From an uncultured Chloroflexia bacterium (GTDB lineage Bacteria > Chloroflexota > Anaerolineae > JAAYZQ01), in NCBI GenBank assembly GCA_963700285.1, contig CAVOXA010000010.1:1376001-1440000 (forward strand): a stretch of DNA of 64,000 nucleotides. Direction: 5' to 3'. The notes beneath the pieces were generated by a model. The model ran no database searches and was not told the DNA's origin. It saw nothing but the letters and a program-made list of their open reading frames with translations. The position numbers were made by a program, and so were the translations under genes. Positions 31,631 to 40,489 of the stretch are shown here, one piece after another (the first letter of the stretch is position 1; the number at the start of each line of letters is the position of its first letter).

Positions 31631-32431
31631 TCACAGCCCAAAGATCTCCTTGACCCGCGCCAGGGCTTTTTCCTCCGTGTCCGAGGGGGCGAACTCCATG
31701 CCGATGAGGCCGTCGAACTCCAGCTCCGCCAGTTTGCGGGCGATGTTGGGAAAGTTGATCTCGCCGGTGCCCGGTTCCTGCCGCGTCGGCACGTCGCCGA
31801 TGTGGACGGTGGGGTACAGCCCCTGGTAGGCCTCCAGGCCGTAGATCAGGTTCCCGGCTGTGCGCTGCTGGTGGTAGCAGTCAAAGGCCAGCTTGAGCCG
31901 GGGGTGGTCCAACCGCCGCACAATGTCGGCGGCCTGGTCGTGGGTACTGATGAATACACCGCCGTGGATGTGGAAGGTGTTCAGCGCCTCGAACCAGAGG
32001 GTGACGCCCGTCTTTTCCACCAGCTCCAGCACGCGGGCCAGGCCATCCAGCACGTTGGCGTACATCTCGCCCGCTGAATAGTCGCGGCTGAGGGGCTGGA
32101 TCCACTCTTCGCCGTTGGGCCGGACCTCCACCTGGTTGGAAAAGACAAAGAGGTGGGGGATGCCGTAGCGCTGGGCCACTTCCAGCGACTCGGCCCAGGC
32201 GTCCAGGCAGCGGCCATGGTCAGCGGCGTCCACCAGGTTGCCCGGCTCCGGGTCAAAGGTAGAGTTCAGGATGCAGTCGTGGCGCTGGCACTCGGCGTAT
32301 AGGTCGGCCATGGGCCGCTCGCGCCACAGCCAGACGTCCAGGCGGCGGATGCCCAACCGGGCAAAGCGCTCGACCCGTTCGACGATGGGCAGGTCCTGGT
32401 ACCAAAAATCAAGATAACCTGTCAGTTCCAT
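31631..32431 (-). CDS. Hydroxypyruvate isomerase-like TIM-barrel sugar isomerase
   Basis: EALN, FDCYHQQ..GN, HIGDVPTRQEPGTGEINF and IGMEF. Confidence 0.85.
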   Translation of the reverse strand: MELTGYLDFWYQDLPIVERVERFARLGIRRLDVWLWRERPMADLYAECQRHDCILNSTFDPEPGNLVDAADHGRCLDAWAESLEVAQRYGIPHLFVFSNQVEVRPNGEEWIQPLSRDYSAGEMYANVLDGLARVLELVEKTGVTLWFEALNTFHIHGGVFISTHDQAADIVRRLDHPRLKLAFDCYHQQRTAGNLIYGLEAYQGLYPTVHIGDVPTRQEPGTGEINFPNIARKLAELEFDGLIGMEFAPSDTEEKALARVKEIFGL

Positions 32432-32568
32432 GCTTCACTCCTTGGTCAGTTCGGCCGGCTGTCACCGCCGCCAACCGGTGTCGTACTTGCGTCTGTTCGC
32501 GTTGGCAGAGACGGGCTCCGTCATCGCGAGCACAGCGCGGCGATCCCCACCTGGCCATCAAAGGCAGC

Positions 32569-34995
32569 TCATAGGCTTTCTAGCTGAAACTCCAAGACAG
32601 CGCCGGCGGCGCCGTCCAGGCGGACTGCCTGGACGCCCGGTGTCTCTGCTAGCGGCAGGTCCTGGCCTCCCACGGTCACCGTGGTAGCCCGTACCCCATG
32701 GAGCACGATCTCCACCTCGCCCGGACATGCGCCAACCTCCACGGTCAGCTCGTCTCCGTGTCGCGCATAGCGCACCGGGATCTCGGGCCGGTCCTCGTCG
32801 TAGACGACCGTCTGCGCCTCGCCCTCGGGCAGGTAGATCTCTAGCGTCAGGGGATCGAGAGCTTTTTCTCCGGTGTGAGCCTGTTCTGGACCCATGGGCA
32901 CGATGGCGCCGGCCCGCACCCACAGGGGCAGGACGTCCAGGGCGGCCTCGACCTCGATCCAGCGGCCGCCTGTCACGAGCTCCTTGCTCCAATAGTCCAG
33001 CCAATCGCCGGCCGGCAGGTAAACGCGGCAGCGGTTGCCACGGCTCACCACCGGCGCGACCAGGAAACTGTCGCCAAACATGTACTGCAGGTCGATGGGG
33101 TAGGTGGCCGGATCATCCGGATACTCTAGCACCATGGCCCGGGCCATGGGGACGCCGGTCCGGGCCGAGTGGACCGCCTGGGAATAGATGTAGGGCAGCA
33201 GGCGGTAGCGCAGCTTCAGGTAGCGGCGGGCGATCTCTTCGGCCCGCGGCCCGTAGGCGTAGGGCTCGCGCGGCTGCTTGCCGTGGGCGCGGACGTGGGA
33301 GGAAAAGACGCCGAACTGGAGCCAGCGGACATAGACGACCGGATCGAGGGCGTGCTCTTTTAGGAACCACTGGCTGCTGCGTTCGCTGTGGTCAAAGGCC
33401 TGCGGTGCATAGTCAAAGCCGCCGACGTCGTGGCTGCAAAAGGGCACCCCCGACAGGCCATAGCCCAGCAGGCCGCGGATCTGGCAGGCCATCTGGTCGA
33501 GGCTGCTGTAGCTGTCGCCCCCCCACTGCACCGGATACCGTTGGGATCCCGCGTATGCTGACCGCGCCCAGGTAAAGCCTCGCCCAAAATAGCCTTGGGT
33601 CAGCTCGAACACGGCCCGGTTGTAGAGCAATGGATAGAGGTTGTGCATCTCGACCCCGCTGCGCCCGTCAAAATAGACCGCATCCACCGGCGCTTGTTCC
33701 CCAAAGTCGGACTTGAACACCGCCGCGCCCATGTCCAGCAGGGCTCTGAGCTTACCTTGGAACCAGGCGCTTGCCTCCGGGTTGGTGAAATCGATGGCGG
33801 CCAGGTCGTGCCCGGCAAAGGCCTCGATGATCGGGCTGACACGGCCATCGGGCCTGGAGATAAAGAAACCCCCAGCCATCCCCTCCTCGTGCGCGGCCGT
33901 GCCGGCTGGCACGTAGGGGGTGATCCACAGGCAGGTGCGCACGCCTTGCTCGCGCAAGCCCTGCATCATTTCCGCGGGCTCGGGAAAGGCGTCCGTGTTC
34001 CATTCGTAGGTGGTCCAGGGGGGCTCACCCATCCACCACGGGTCGAGGCTGAGCACATCGAAGGGCAGGTCGCGCCCCCGCATTTCGCGAGCCACTGTCT
34101 CCGCCTCTTCCCGGCTCCGGTAGCCGGCGCGCGAGACCCAGAAGCCAAAGGACCATTTGGGCGGCACCGGCGCGTGGCCGGTCAGGCCGGCATAGCGCTT
34201 CAGGATCTGTTTCAGGTCGGGCCCATAGATGAGATAGTAGTCCAGGTGGCTGTCGTCGACGTGGAAAGAATAGGAGATGGTCGATTCGCTGCCCATGCGG
34301 AAAACCATGGGGTAGGAAGAGTGGACAAACAGGCCATATCCGGCGGTGCTCATCAGGAAGGGAATATTCTTGTACGACCGGGGGCTGCTGACATTGCCCG
34401 AGTCGGCCGTCCAGAGGGTCAGTTCCTGGCCCCGTTTTTCCAGGGGCGTGAAGCGCTCCCCGAAACCGTAGAAAGCCTCGCCCGGGGCAACCGCTACGGT
34501 CTCCCGGACGGTCAGGCGGCCGTCGTCGTTTTCGTCAAAGCCTGGCGGCGGGACCTCGTAATAGGGGCCGTAGGCCCGGTCGTTGCACTGCTGGCTGAAG
34601 AAGGGCGTCGTCTGGTCCGCCGTCTCGGCAAAGACACGCATCTGCCAGGGATAGCGGGGGAACTCGATGCGCAGCTTTTCGGTACGCAGGACCAGGGCCT
34701 CTTCCTGCTCTTCGACCTCAAAGGGCTGAGGTTGCCGCTCCCGGTCGCTTTGGACGAGCATCTCGCCCGGCCCATCGCTGATGCCGTCCCGGCCCATGCG
34801 GACGCGGAGGACGTCCGGCTCGATAACATCCACCTGAAAGGCGATGGGCTTGCCGTTCGCCATTTCACACTGGAACAAGAGCCCCCGCTCCGTGCGCTCA
34901 AACTCGATCCAGCGCCGCAAAAAGTGTGAGCCCGTTTCAATGTCCGAGACATCGAGCGGTACAGTGATAGACTGCCAATCGATCTGCTTGTTCAT
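32569..34995 (-). CDS. GH31 alpha-xylosidase (YicI-like)
   Basis: YGFGERF, YKNIPF, FKSDFGE, WGGD, SHDVGGF; likely start MNKQID at 34995 (RBS AAGGAG). Confidence 0.92.
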   Translation of the reverse strand: MNKQIDWQSITVPLDVSDIETGSHFLRRWIEFERTERGLLFQCEMANGKPIAFQVDVIEPDVLRVRMGRDGISDGPGEMLVQSDRERQPQPFEVEEQEEALVLRTEKLRIEFPRYPWQMRVFAETADQTTPFFSQQCNDRAYGPYYEVPPPGFDENDDGRLTVRETVAVAPGEAFYGFGERFTPLEKRGQELTLWTADSGNVSSPRSYKNIPFLMSTAGYGLFVHSSYPMVFRMGSESTISYSFHVDDSHLDYYLIYGPDLKQILKRYAGLTGHAPVPPKWSFGFWVSRAGYRSREEAETVAREMRGRDLPFDVLSLDPWWMGEPPWTTYEWNTDAFPEPAEMMQGLREQGVRTCLWITPYVPAGTAAHEEGMAGGFFISRPDGRVSPIIEAFAGHDLAAIDFTNPEASAWFQGKLRALLDMGAAVFKSDFGEQAPVDAVYFDGRSGVEMHNLYPLLYNRAVFELTQGYFGRGFTWARSAYAGSQRYPVQWGGDSYSSLDQMACQIRGLLGYGLSGVPFCSHDVGGFDYAPQAFDHSERSSQWFLKEHALDPVVYVRWLQFGVFSSHVRAHGKQPREPYAYGPRAEEIARRYLKLRYRLLPYIYSQAVHSARTGVPMARAMVLEYPDDPATYPIDLQYMFGDSFLVAPVVSRGNRCRVYLPAGDWLDYWSKELVTGGRWIEVEAALDVLPLWVRAGAIVPMGPEQAHTGEKALDPLTLEIYLPEGEAQTVVYDEDRPEIPVRYARHGDELTVEVGACPGEVEIVLHGVRATTVTVGGQDLPLAETPGVQAVRLDGAAGAVLEFQLESL

Positions 34996-35170
34996 CGGCT
35001 CCTTTACCTTTGGCATGATTGGATCCTGGGTAGGCAACATTACAGTCCACTGATTATAGCGGCCCAAGCTGGCCCTGTCAAGTTTTGGTTAATTCCGCTG
35101 CGGCGGCTTAACTGACACTGGAAATCAGGTTCAATGTGGCTGGATTGCCAGCATCTCTGTAAAGCGCCAG

Positions 35171-35199
35171 TTGACAGAGGAAAGCGGCTGTGCTATAAT
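35171..35199 (+). promoter_or_regulatory. Consensus sigma70 promoter with extended -10
   Basis: TTGACA-17 bp-TATAAT, with TG at the extended position. Confidence 0.85.
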
Positions 35200-35479
35200 G
35201 ATTACCAGCCATTCCAGCGCATACACGACGGGGCCGAGGGCATGGGTCGCTCCCCATTTTCAGTCAGGTCGCAGGGCATCATTCCGGGACATCGGGCGTG
35301 GAAGCATCTGAATCTTTGTCCTGCGGTCACGAAGGTAGAACCATCCGCGGAGGTGTCGTGCACCCCGAACTATGGACACCGCCGGTTGGCGGGCGGCTCG
35401 AGTGAGTGTCTCATTGCATCCAACTCTGGGCATGGGGATCGTCGTCTTGGCTGCATAACGAGGGAGACAGGAGTTATCC

Positions 35480-36019
35480 ATGGAACTCGGACACCGCCTT
35501 AGAACGCGACGACAGGAATTGGGGCTGAGCCTGCGGGAACTGGCCGAGCGCGTCGGCCTGACGGCGAGCTTTCTCAGCCAGATCGAACGCGACCTGGCCA
35601 GCCCATCGATAGAATCGCTCCGCAAGATCAGCGACGCCCTGGAAGTACCGATCTTTCATTTCCTGATTGAGCCTGAGGTCAGGAGTCCTGTCGTGCGGCG
35701 GGACGAGCGGGCAAAGCTCAGACTGCCGGGCTCCAATTTGACCTACCAGCTCATGACCCCCGATCTGAACCGCCAGATGGAGGTCTTTTTGGCCGAGAAG
35801 GAGCCGGGTGAGGAAAAGATCACCATTCCCCTGCGCCAGCAGACCGAAGAGTTCATCTATGTGCTGGAGGGCCAGTTGGAGATCGAGCTGGGTGAGGAGG
35901 TCTACCTCCTGGGTCCGGGCGATAGCGTCTATTTTGATGGCCCCTTGCTCCGCCGTTTGACAGCCTGCGGCGACACGACACTGCGCTTTATCTCTGTGAT
36001 CACGCCGCCGATCTTTTAG
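35480..36019 (+). CDS. XRE-family HTH regulator with cupin domain
   Basis: LSLRELAERVGLTASFLSQIER..ASPS; EEFIYVLEG..LGPGDSVYF. Confidence 0.93.
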   Translation: MELGHRLRTRRQELGLSLRELAERVGLTASFLSQIERDLASPSIESLRKISDALEVPIFHFLIEPEVRSPVVRRDERAKLRLPGSNLTYQLMTPDLNRQMEVFLAEKEPGEEKITIPLRQQTEEFIYVLEGQLEIELGEEVYLLGPGDSVYFDGPLLRRLTACGDTTLRFISVITPPIF

Positions 36020-36032
36020 GTTTTGGGATGAC

Positions 36033-37376
36033 ATGACAAACCTACTCATCCAGAACGGTTCTGTTCTCACAATGGATGGTACGGGCACGATCCATGACCC
36101 GGGTTGGGTGTCGGTCGATGGCGACCGGGTGGCCGCGGTGGGCCCAGGCTCGCCGCCACCGGACCTGGTTGCCCAGGCCGAGCGGGTCATTGACGCGACC
36201 CACATGGCTGTGCTGCCGGGCCTGGTCAACGGCCATACCCACCTCTCCCAGACCTTTGTGCGCGGCCTGGCCGACGACAAACCCCTGCTGGCCTGGCTAA
36301 AGCAGATCATGTGGCCCATCCAGTCGGCCATTACGCCGGAGGACATGCGGCTGGCCAGCCTCCTGGGCCTTGTGGAGAACCTGCGCTGCGGCGTGACGGC
36401 GGTCGTGCAGCATCACAAGGTCACCCGTTCGACCGCACATGTCGATGCCACCGCGGAGGCCGCCGAAACAGTAGGGCTGAGGATGCTGCTAGCGCGGGCC
36501 TGGGTCGACATGGGCGACGCCGGCGAGCCGCCGGATGCCATCATCGAGTCCGTAACCCAATTGCGCGATCGCTGGCACGGCGCCGCTGGAGGCCGCATCA
36601 GCGTCGGCTTTGGGCCGCTGGCGCCGTGGCGCTGCTCGGACGAGACCATGCTCCGTACCGTCACCCTGGCCCGCCAGTGGGGCCTGCCCACCCACATCCA
36701 CGTGGCCGAGGCCCAGGAAGAGATCGACATGTTGTACGCGCGTACGGGCCTGCGCCACATCGAGTGGCTCCATGCCCTGGACGCCCTTGGTCCGGACGTG
36801 CACCTGGTTCACAGTGTCTGGGTGGAGGATGCCGAGCTGGCTCTGATCGCCAAGAGCGGCGCGCCGGTCGTGCACTGCCCGGTCAGCAACATGTACCTGG
36901 CCTCGGGTGTGGCCCCCGTGCGCAAGATGCTCGACCGGGGCATCCCCGTGGCGCTGGCCACCGATGGATCTGGTTCGGAGAACTCGCAGGACCTGCTGGA
37001 GGCGCTCAAAATTGCCGCCCTGCTGGCAAAGGTGAGCGGCGGCGACGCCTGTGCCCTCCTACCCCTGGATGTCCTGCGCATGGCCACGACGGCCGGCGCG
37101 CGCCTCTTTGGACGGGAGGACCTCGGCCAGATCGCGCCCCGGGCCACGGCGGACCTGACCCTCGTCAACCTCGACAATGCCCGCTGCGTGCCGGTGCACC
37201 GTGCTGACAGCGCCCTGGTATTCAACGCCTCCGGGCCTGACGTACATACGGTCATCGTCGACGGCCAGATCCTGCTGGATGCCGGCCGGGTCGTTCTGCT
37301 GGACGAGGTGGCCCTGCTGGATGAATGCCGGTCGGCGGCGCAGAGCCTGATGCACCGGGCCGGCGTAGGAATCTGA
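36033..37376 (+). CDS. Amidohydrolase (MTA/SAH, guanine or pterin deaminase family)
   Basis: PGLVNGHTH, HIHVAE, VHSVW, HCPVSNMYLASG and ATDG. Confidence 0.9.
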   Translation: MTNLLIQNGSVLTMDGTGTIHDPGWVSVDGDRVAAVGPGSPPPDLVAQAERVIDATHMAVLPGLVNGHTHLSQTFVRGLADDKPLLAWLKQIMWPIQSAITPEDMRLASLLGLVENLRCGVTAVVQHHKVTRSTAHVDATAEAAETVGLRMLLARAWVDMGDAGEPPDAIIESVTQLRDRWHGAAGGRISVGFGPLAPWRCSDETMLRTVTLARQWGLPTHIHVAEAQEEIDMLYARTGLRHIEWLHALDALGPDVHLVHSVWVEDAELALIAKSGAPVVHCPVSNMYLASGVAPVRKMLDRGIPVALATDGSGSENSQDLLEALKIAALLAKVSGGDACALLPLDVLRMATTAGARLFGREDLGQIAPRATADLTLVNLDNARCVPVHRADSALVFNASGPDVHTVIVDGQILLDAGRVVLLDEVALLDECRSAAQSLMHRAGVGI

Positions 37377-37477
37377 GCGAGTGAACCGCCGCAAACAGGC
37401 GGTGCTGGCCAGATTTCTGGCGAGTTGAAAGCCTAGCACCGGCGCTTCCAGGCCGGTGCCATAAAGGAGTACGACCT

Positions 37478-38206
37478 GTGGATTTTAAGAACCAAGTCGC
37501 TATCGTCACCGGCGGCGCCCGGCGCGTTGGCCAGGTTGTCGCCCGGGAACTGGCCGGGAAGGGAGCCCACGTAGCCTTTACCTACTATGGCTCTGAGGAT
37601 CCGGCGGAGACCCTGGAGATGATCCGGGCCCACGGCGGGGAAGGCATGGCCCTCCCCCTCGATGTCATGGAGTGGGACAAGCCCAGAGAGGCTGTCGAGA
37701 AGGTAATCCAGCGCTTTGGACGCGTCGACCTGCTGGTCAATAGCGCCTCCGTGTGGCAGTCGTCCCCGTTCCTGGAGATCACCCGCCAGCAGTGGGAGAC
37801 CTCCATCGGCACCAATCTAACAGGGCCCTTCCTCTGCGCCCAGGCGGTCGCGCCCTACATGCTGGAGCAGGGGGCCGGTCACATCGTCAGTATCATCGAC
37901 CTTTCGGTCAGCCAGACCTGGGCCGGGTTCGCCGACCACTCGGCCAGCAAGGCCGGACTCGAGGCGCTGACCCGGGTCATGGCCGCCGAACTGGCCCCGC
38001 AGGTGCGCGTCAACGCCATCGCCCCGGGCACCGTCCTGCTGCCCGACGGCGCCCCCGAATCCAAACGGCAGTGGGCCATCAACAACTCGCTGCTAAAGCG
38101 CGTCGGCACGCCGGAAGACGTGGCCCGGACCGTCATCTTTCTCACCGAGAGCGATTTTGTCACGGGCGCCGTCTACTATGTGGATGGCGGCCGGGCGCTG
38201 GTCTAG
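37478..38206 (+). CDS. SDR, pteridine reductase (PTR1/FolM)-like
   Basis: TGGARRVG (the GxxRxG form typical of PTR1/FolM), NSAS, IID, RVNAIAPG; catalytic YxxxK reads HSASK. Confidence 0.8.
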   Translation: MDFKNQVAIVTGGARRVGQVVARELAGKGAHVAFTYYGSEDPAETLEMIRAHGGEGMALPLDVMEWDKPREAVEKVIQRFGRVDLLVNSASVWQSSPFLEITRQQWETSIGTNLTGPFLCAQAVAPYMLEQGAGHIVSIIDLSVSQTWAGFADHSASKAGLEALTRVMAAELAPQVRVNAIAPGTVLLPDGAPESKRQWAINNSLLKRVGTPEDVARTVIFLTESDFVTGAVYYVDGGRALV

Positions 38207-38218
38207 TGACAGGGCAAT

Positions 38219-38311
38219 CCTCCCGCAGGTTTGGCCTCTCCAGGCGCTTGCTTACGGGCAAACACAGCCCGACTCTGCCGGCGCCTCCGTCGTAGACAAA
38301 CCTGCGGGAGG
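38219..38311. repeat. 93-bp MITE-like element, TIR CCTCCCGCAGGTTT (copy 1)
   Basis: 14-bp perfect terminal inverted repeat; homologous copy at 38619-38711. Confidence 0.85.
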
Positions 38312-38323
38312 TTCAGCTCGACC

Positions 38324-38608
38324 ATGATCACGGTAACCGTCCGCTACCACAACATCCTCCGGAACCGCGCCGGCCTCGAGCAGGAATCCCTGGAACTGCC
38401 CCAAGGCACCGGCGTAGGCGAGGCCATCCGTCAACTGGCCGAGCGCCACGGTTCGAGCCTGGCGGCGATGCTGCTTGCTCCGGATGGCGGCATCTCGCCC
38501 TACCTCGTCGTCTTTCACAACGGGCAGTTGGTTTTCCCCGCCAAGCAGCCCCTCCCTCTGGCCGGCGGGGACGAACTGAAGCTCTTTCCGTCCATCTCTG
38601 GCGGCTAA
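38324..38608 (+). CDS. MoaD/ThiS-family sulfur carrier
   Basis: MITVTVRY...GDELKLFPSISGG* (C-terminal GG). Confidence 0.88.
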   Translation: MITVTVRYHNILRNRAGLEQESLELPQGTGVGEAIRQLAERHGSSLAAMLLAPDGGISPYLVVFHNGQLVFPAKQPLPLAGGDELKLFPSISGG

Positions 38609-38618
38609 CGACAGCCAG

Positions 38619-38711
38619 CCTCCCGCAGGTTTCGTCTCTCCAGGCACCTGCGCACGGGTGAATGCAATCCAGTTCCGCAGGTATCTCCGCAGTGGACAAA
38701 CCTGCGGGAGG
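38619..38711. repeat. 93-bp MITE-like element (copy 2)
   Basis: CCTCCCGCAGGTTT...AAACCTGCGGGAGG. Confidence 0.85.
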
Positions 38712-38732
38712 TTCGGGCTACGCAAGCCCTAC

Positions 38733-38761
38733 TTGCACAAACCCCAGGTGTGTAGTATAAT
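38733..38761 (+). promoter_or_regulatory. Sigma70-like promoter with no convincing downstream CDS
   Basis: TTGCAC-17 bp-TATAAT. Confidence 0.65.
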
Positions 38762-38763
38762 AG

Positions 38764-38900
38764 ATCGCAGAACGCCTGACCACCCACCATTTTGGGCGTT
38801 CAGGTTCCATACGGCATAGGGCTTACCGTTATCCCCTATGGGGTCGTCATGGAGTGCGATGTGGCCCATCAGTCGGAGGTAAGAGTCCCCCACCCGTCCC
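38764..38900 (+). ncRNA. Candidate structured non-coding RNA
   Basis: Follows the promoter; stems 38770-79/38792-801 and 38805-21/38834-54, possibly closed by ATCGCA/TGCGAT. Confidence 0.35.
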
Positions 38901-38913
38901 ATACTGGCAACGG

Positions 38914-39321
38914 CTACCGCAAGAGGAGGTCTGCCAGGTCGTCCAGGATGCTGCCTCTACGCTGCGACTTTTTCTGGCGGCCGCGCTTGGACGAGTTGCG
39001 CTGGGCCGAGCGGGGGGCGCTGGATCCAGATCTGCCAACCGGGCTGTCTCCAACCGGCAGTCCGGCCTGTTCCATGAGGCGATGGGCAAGGCCGGCATCA
39101 TCATCCCGAACCGTGATCATAAAGTGGCCGTTGACGATCATATGGCCCCAGGTCTTGATCCCATGATCCCGCAGCCCATTGGATATCTCGCGCCCGGTCC
39201 AGCCGCACTGTACCGGGATGAGAAAAGTGTGCGACGGGCCGTTGGCCACATCCTGGGCCATGGCCAGGGTTGGGCTGATCCAGTCGAAATAGGTTGCAGC
39301 TTCCCACAACTCGTCCAGCAT
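38914..39321 (-). CDS. Hypothetical protein under a LexA-box promoter
   Basis: MLDELWEAATYFDWISP...; RBS AAGAGGG; no family recognised. Confidence 0.65.
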   Translation of the reverse strand: MLDELWEAATYFDWISPTLAMAQDVANGPSHTFLIPVQCGWTGREISNGLRDHGIKTWGHMIVNGHFMITVRDDDAGLAHRLMEQAGLPVGDSPVGRSGSSAPRSAQRNSSKRGRQKKSQRRGSILDDLADLLLR

Positions 39322-39369
39322 GACGTGCGAACCCTCTTTTGGTTGGGCTCTTTTGAAAAAGAGGGGCTC

Positions 39370-39399
39370 ATTATACTCGAACATACGTTCTGGTGTCAA
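39370..39399 (-). promoter_or_regulatory. Sigma70 promoter with an SOS (LexA) box in the spacer
   Basis: Minus strand TTGACA-18 bp-TATAAT; the spacer holds GAAC-ATAC-GTTC (39379-39390). Confidence 0.8.
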
Positions 39400-39473
39400 A
39401 TCTCAGCCTTGTCCACCTGGCTGGGCGGCCAATCTGTTAATCACCGGTTCAAGAAGGCGGGAAGGGGGTCCGA

Positions 39474-39722
39474 GTGGAAGGGAGTGGTTTTTGGAACGGC
39501 TTTCTGGTTGGCTTCCTGGCCGCGGGGATCCTGGGGTTCCTGGCTGCGCAGGCCCGGTTCTTCTGGAAAAGATTCGGGCAGGTGAGCCGGACCCAGACGG
39601 TCCTGTTGCACACCCAGGAGAGCCCCCTGCAGGTCCTGATGAAAAGCCTGCAGGCTGGGTTCATATTGCTACTGATGCTGGCAGCTCTCGTGCTGGCTGT
39701 TTGGTTGGCTGCCCAGGGTTAG
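39474..39722 (+). CDS. Small 2-TM hypothetical protein
   Basis: 82 aa with two hydrophobic segments. Confidence 0.5.
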   Translation: MEGSGFWNGFLVGFLAAGILGFLAAQARFFWKRFGQVSRTQTVLLHTQESPLQVLMKSLQAGFILLLMLAALVLAVWLAAQG

Positions 39723-39770
39723 TCGTGGCGGCGGGCTCCGAATTGGAGTCAGCCGAGTGCGGAGCGCACT

Positions 39771-40220
39771 GTGGCCCAAAAGGTCTACTATCAGGATCGG
39801 GCCAGGGATATCCTCATCACCGATCAGGTGGTGCGGCTGGGGTCCGATGCCAAGGTGTGGTGGATCAGCGAGCTGGACCGGGCCGTGGTCCAGACACTCT
39901 TCCGGGTCCGGTGGGACATTGTGGCCTGCGCCCTGGTGGGTGGGCTCTTGTGCGAAACCTGTTTGATCGCTAGCAAGGAATCAAGAGTCGGGGCGATGGT
40001 GGTCTTTGTGCTGGCTGTTGTTGGCGGGCTGGTCATTGCGGTCGTCACTGCCAGTTGCTATCGAGTGCGCCTGAGGACCAGGCGGTGGCTGGCAGACCAT
40101 GCGCTCGAGTCTTCGGACCGGGCCGAAATCAAGGTCGTGGTCGATGCTGTGAACAAGGCCATCGAGGACTATCGCCGCATTTACCGTCTTCCGCTACCGC
40201 GGAAGGATGTCCCTCTTTGA
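39771..40220 (+). CDS. Hypothetical membrane protein (DUF6232-like layout)
   Basis: YYQD..ILITD N-terminus, 2 TM helices, then Y.VRL...IVDAVNKAI-type tail. Confidence 0.55.
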   Translation: MAQKVYYQDRARDILITDQVVRLGSDAKVWWISELDRAVVQTLFRVRWDIVACALVGGLLCETCLIASKESRVGAMVVFVLAVVGGLVIAVVTASCYRVRLRTRRWLADHALESSDRAEIKVVVDAVNKAIEDYRRIYRLPLPRKDVPL

Positions 40221-40489
40221 GGCAGTCGCGTTCTGACAGGCCTCAGATCCCCAATTGCGAACGCTGGGAGAAGGAGCCTATTGCATGACTGAGAAAAACG
40301 AAGGAACCGCCATCAGTTGGGCCGTCAAGTACGTCGATCCATCCGGATTCGAGGCCACCCTACACAAGATCGGGCCAGTTTCGACAACGGGTTCGGTCTA
40401 CCCTCCGGCCTGCTGGAGGCGGAGGTTACAGAGGGGAAACTGGAACGGAAATGGGCACCAGCCATGGGCCAGCCAGAAGGAGGCAAACT

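Noticed and set aside
29985-31829. Long antisense ORFs (also 12444-13895, 19765-21045, 21195-22517, 33595-34929)
   Set aside because: Shadow ORFs of high-GC genes on the opposite strand, with no recognisable motifs.
38861-38900. tRNA or attB fragment
   Set aside because: No TTCGA T-loop, cloverleaf or CCA end.
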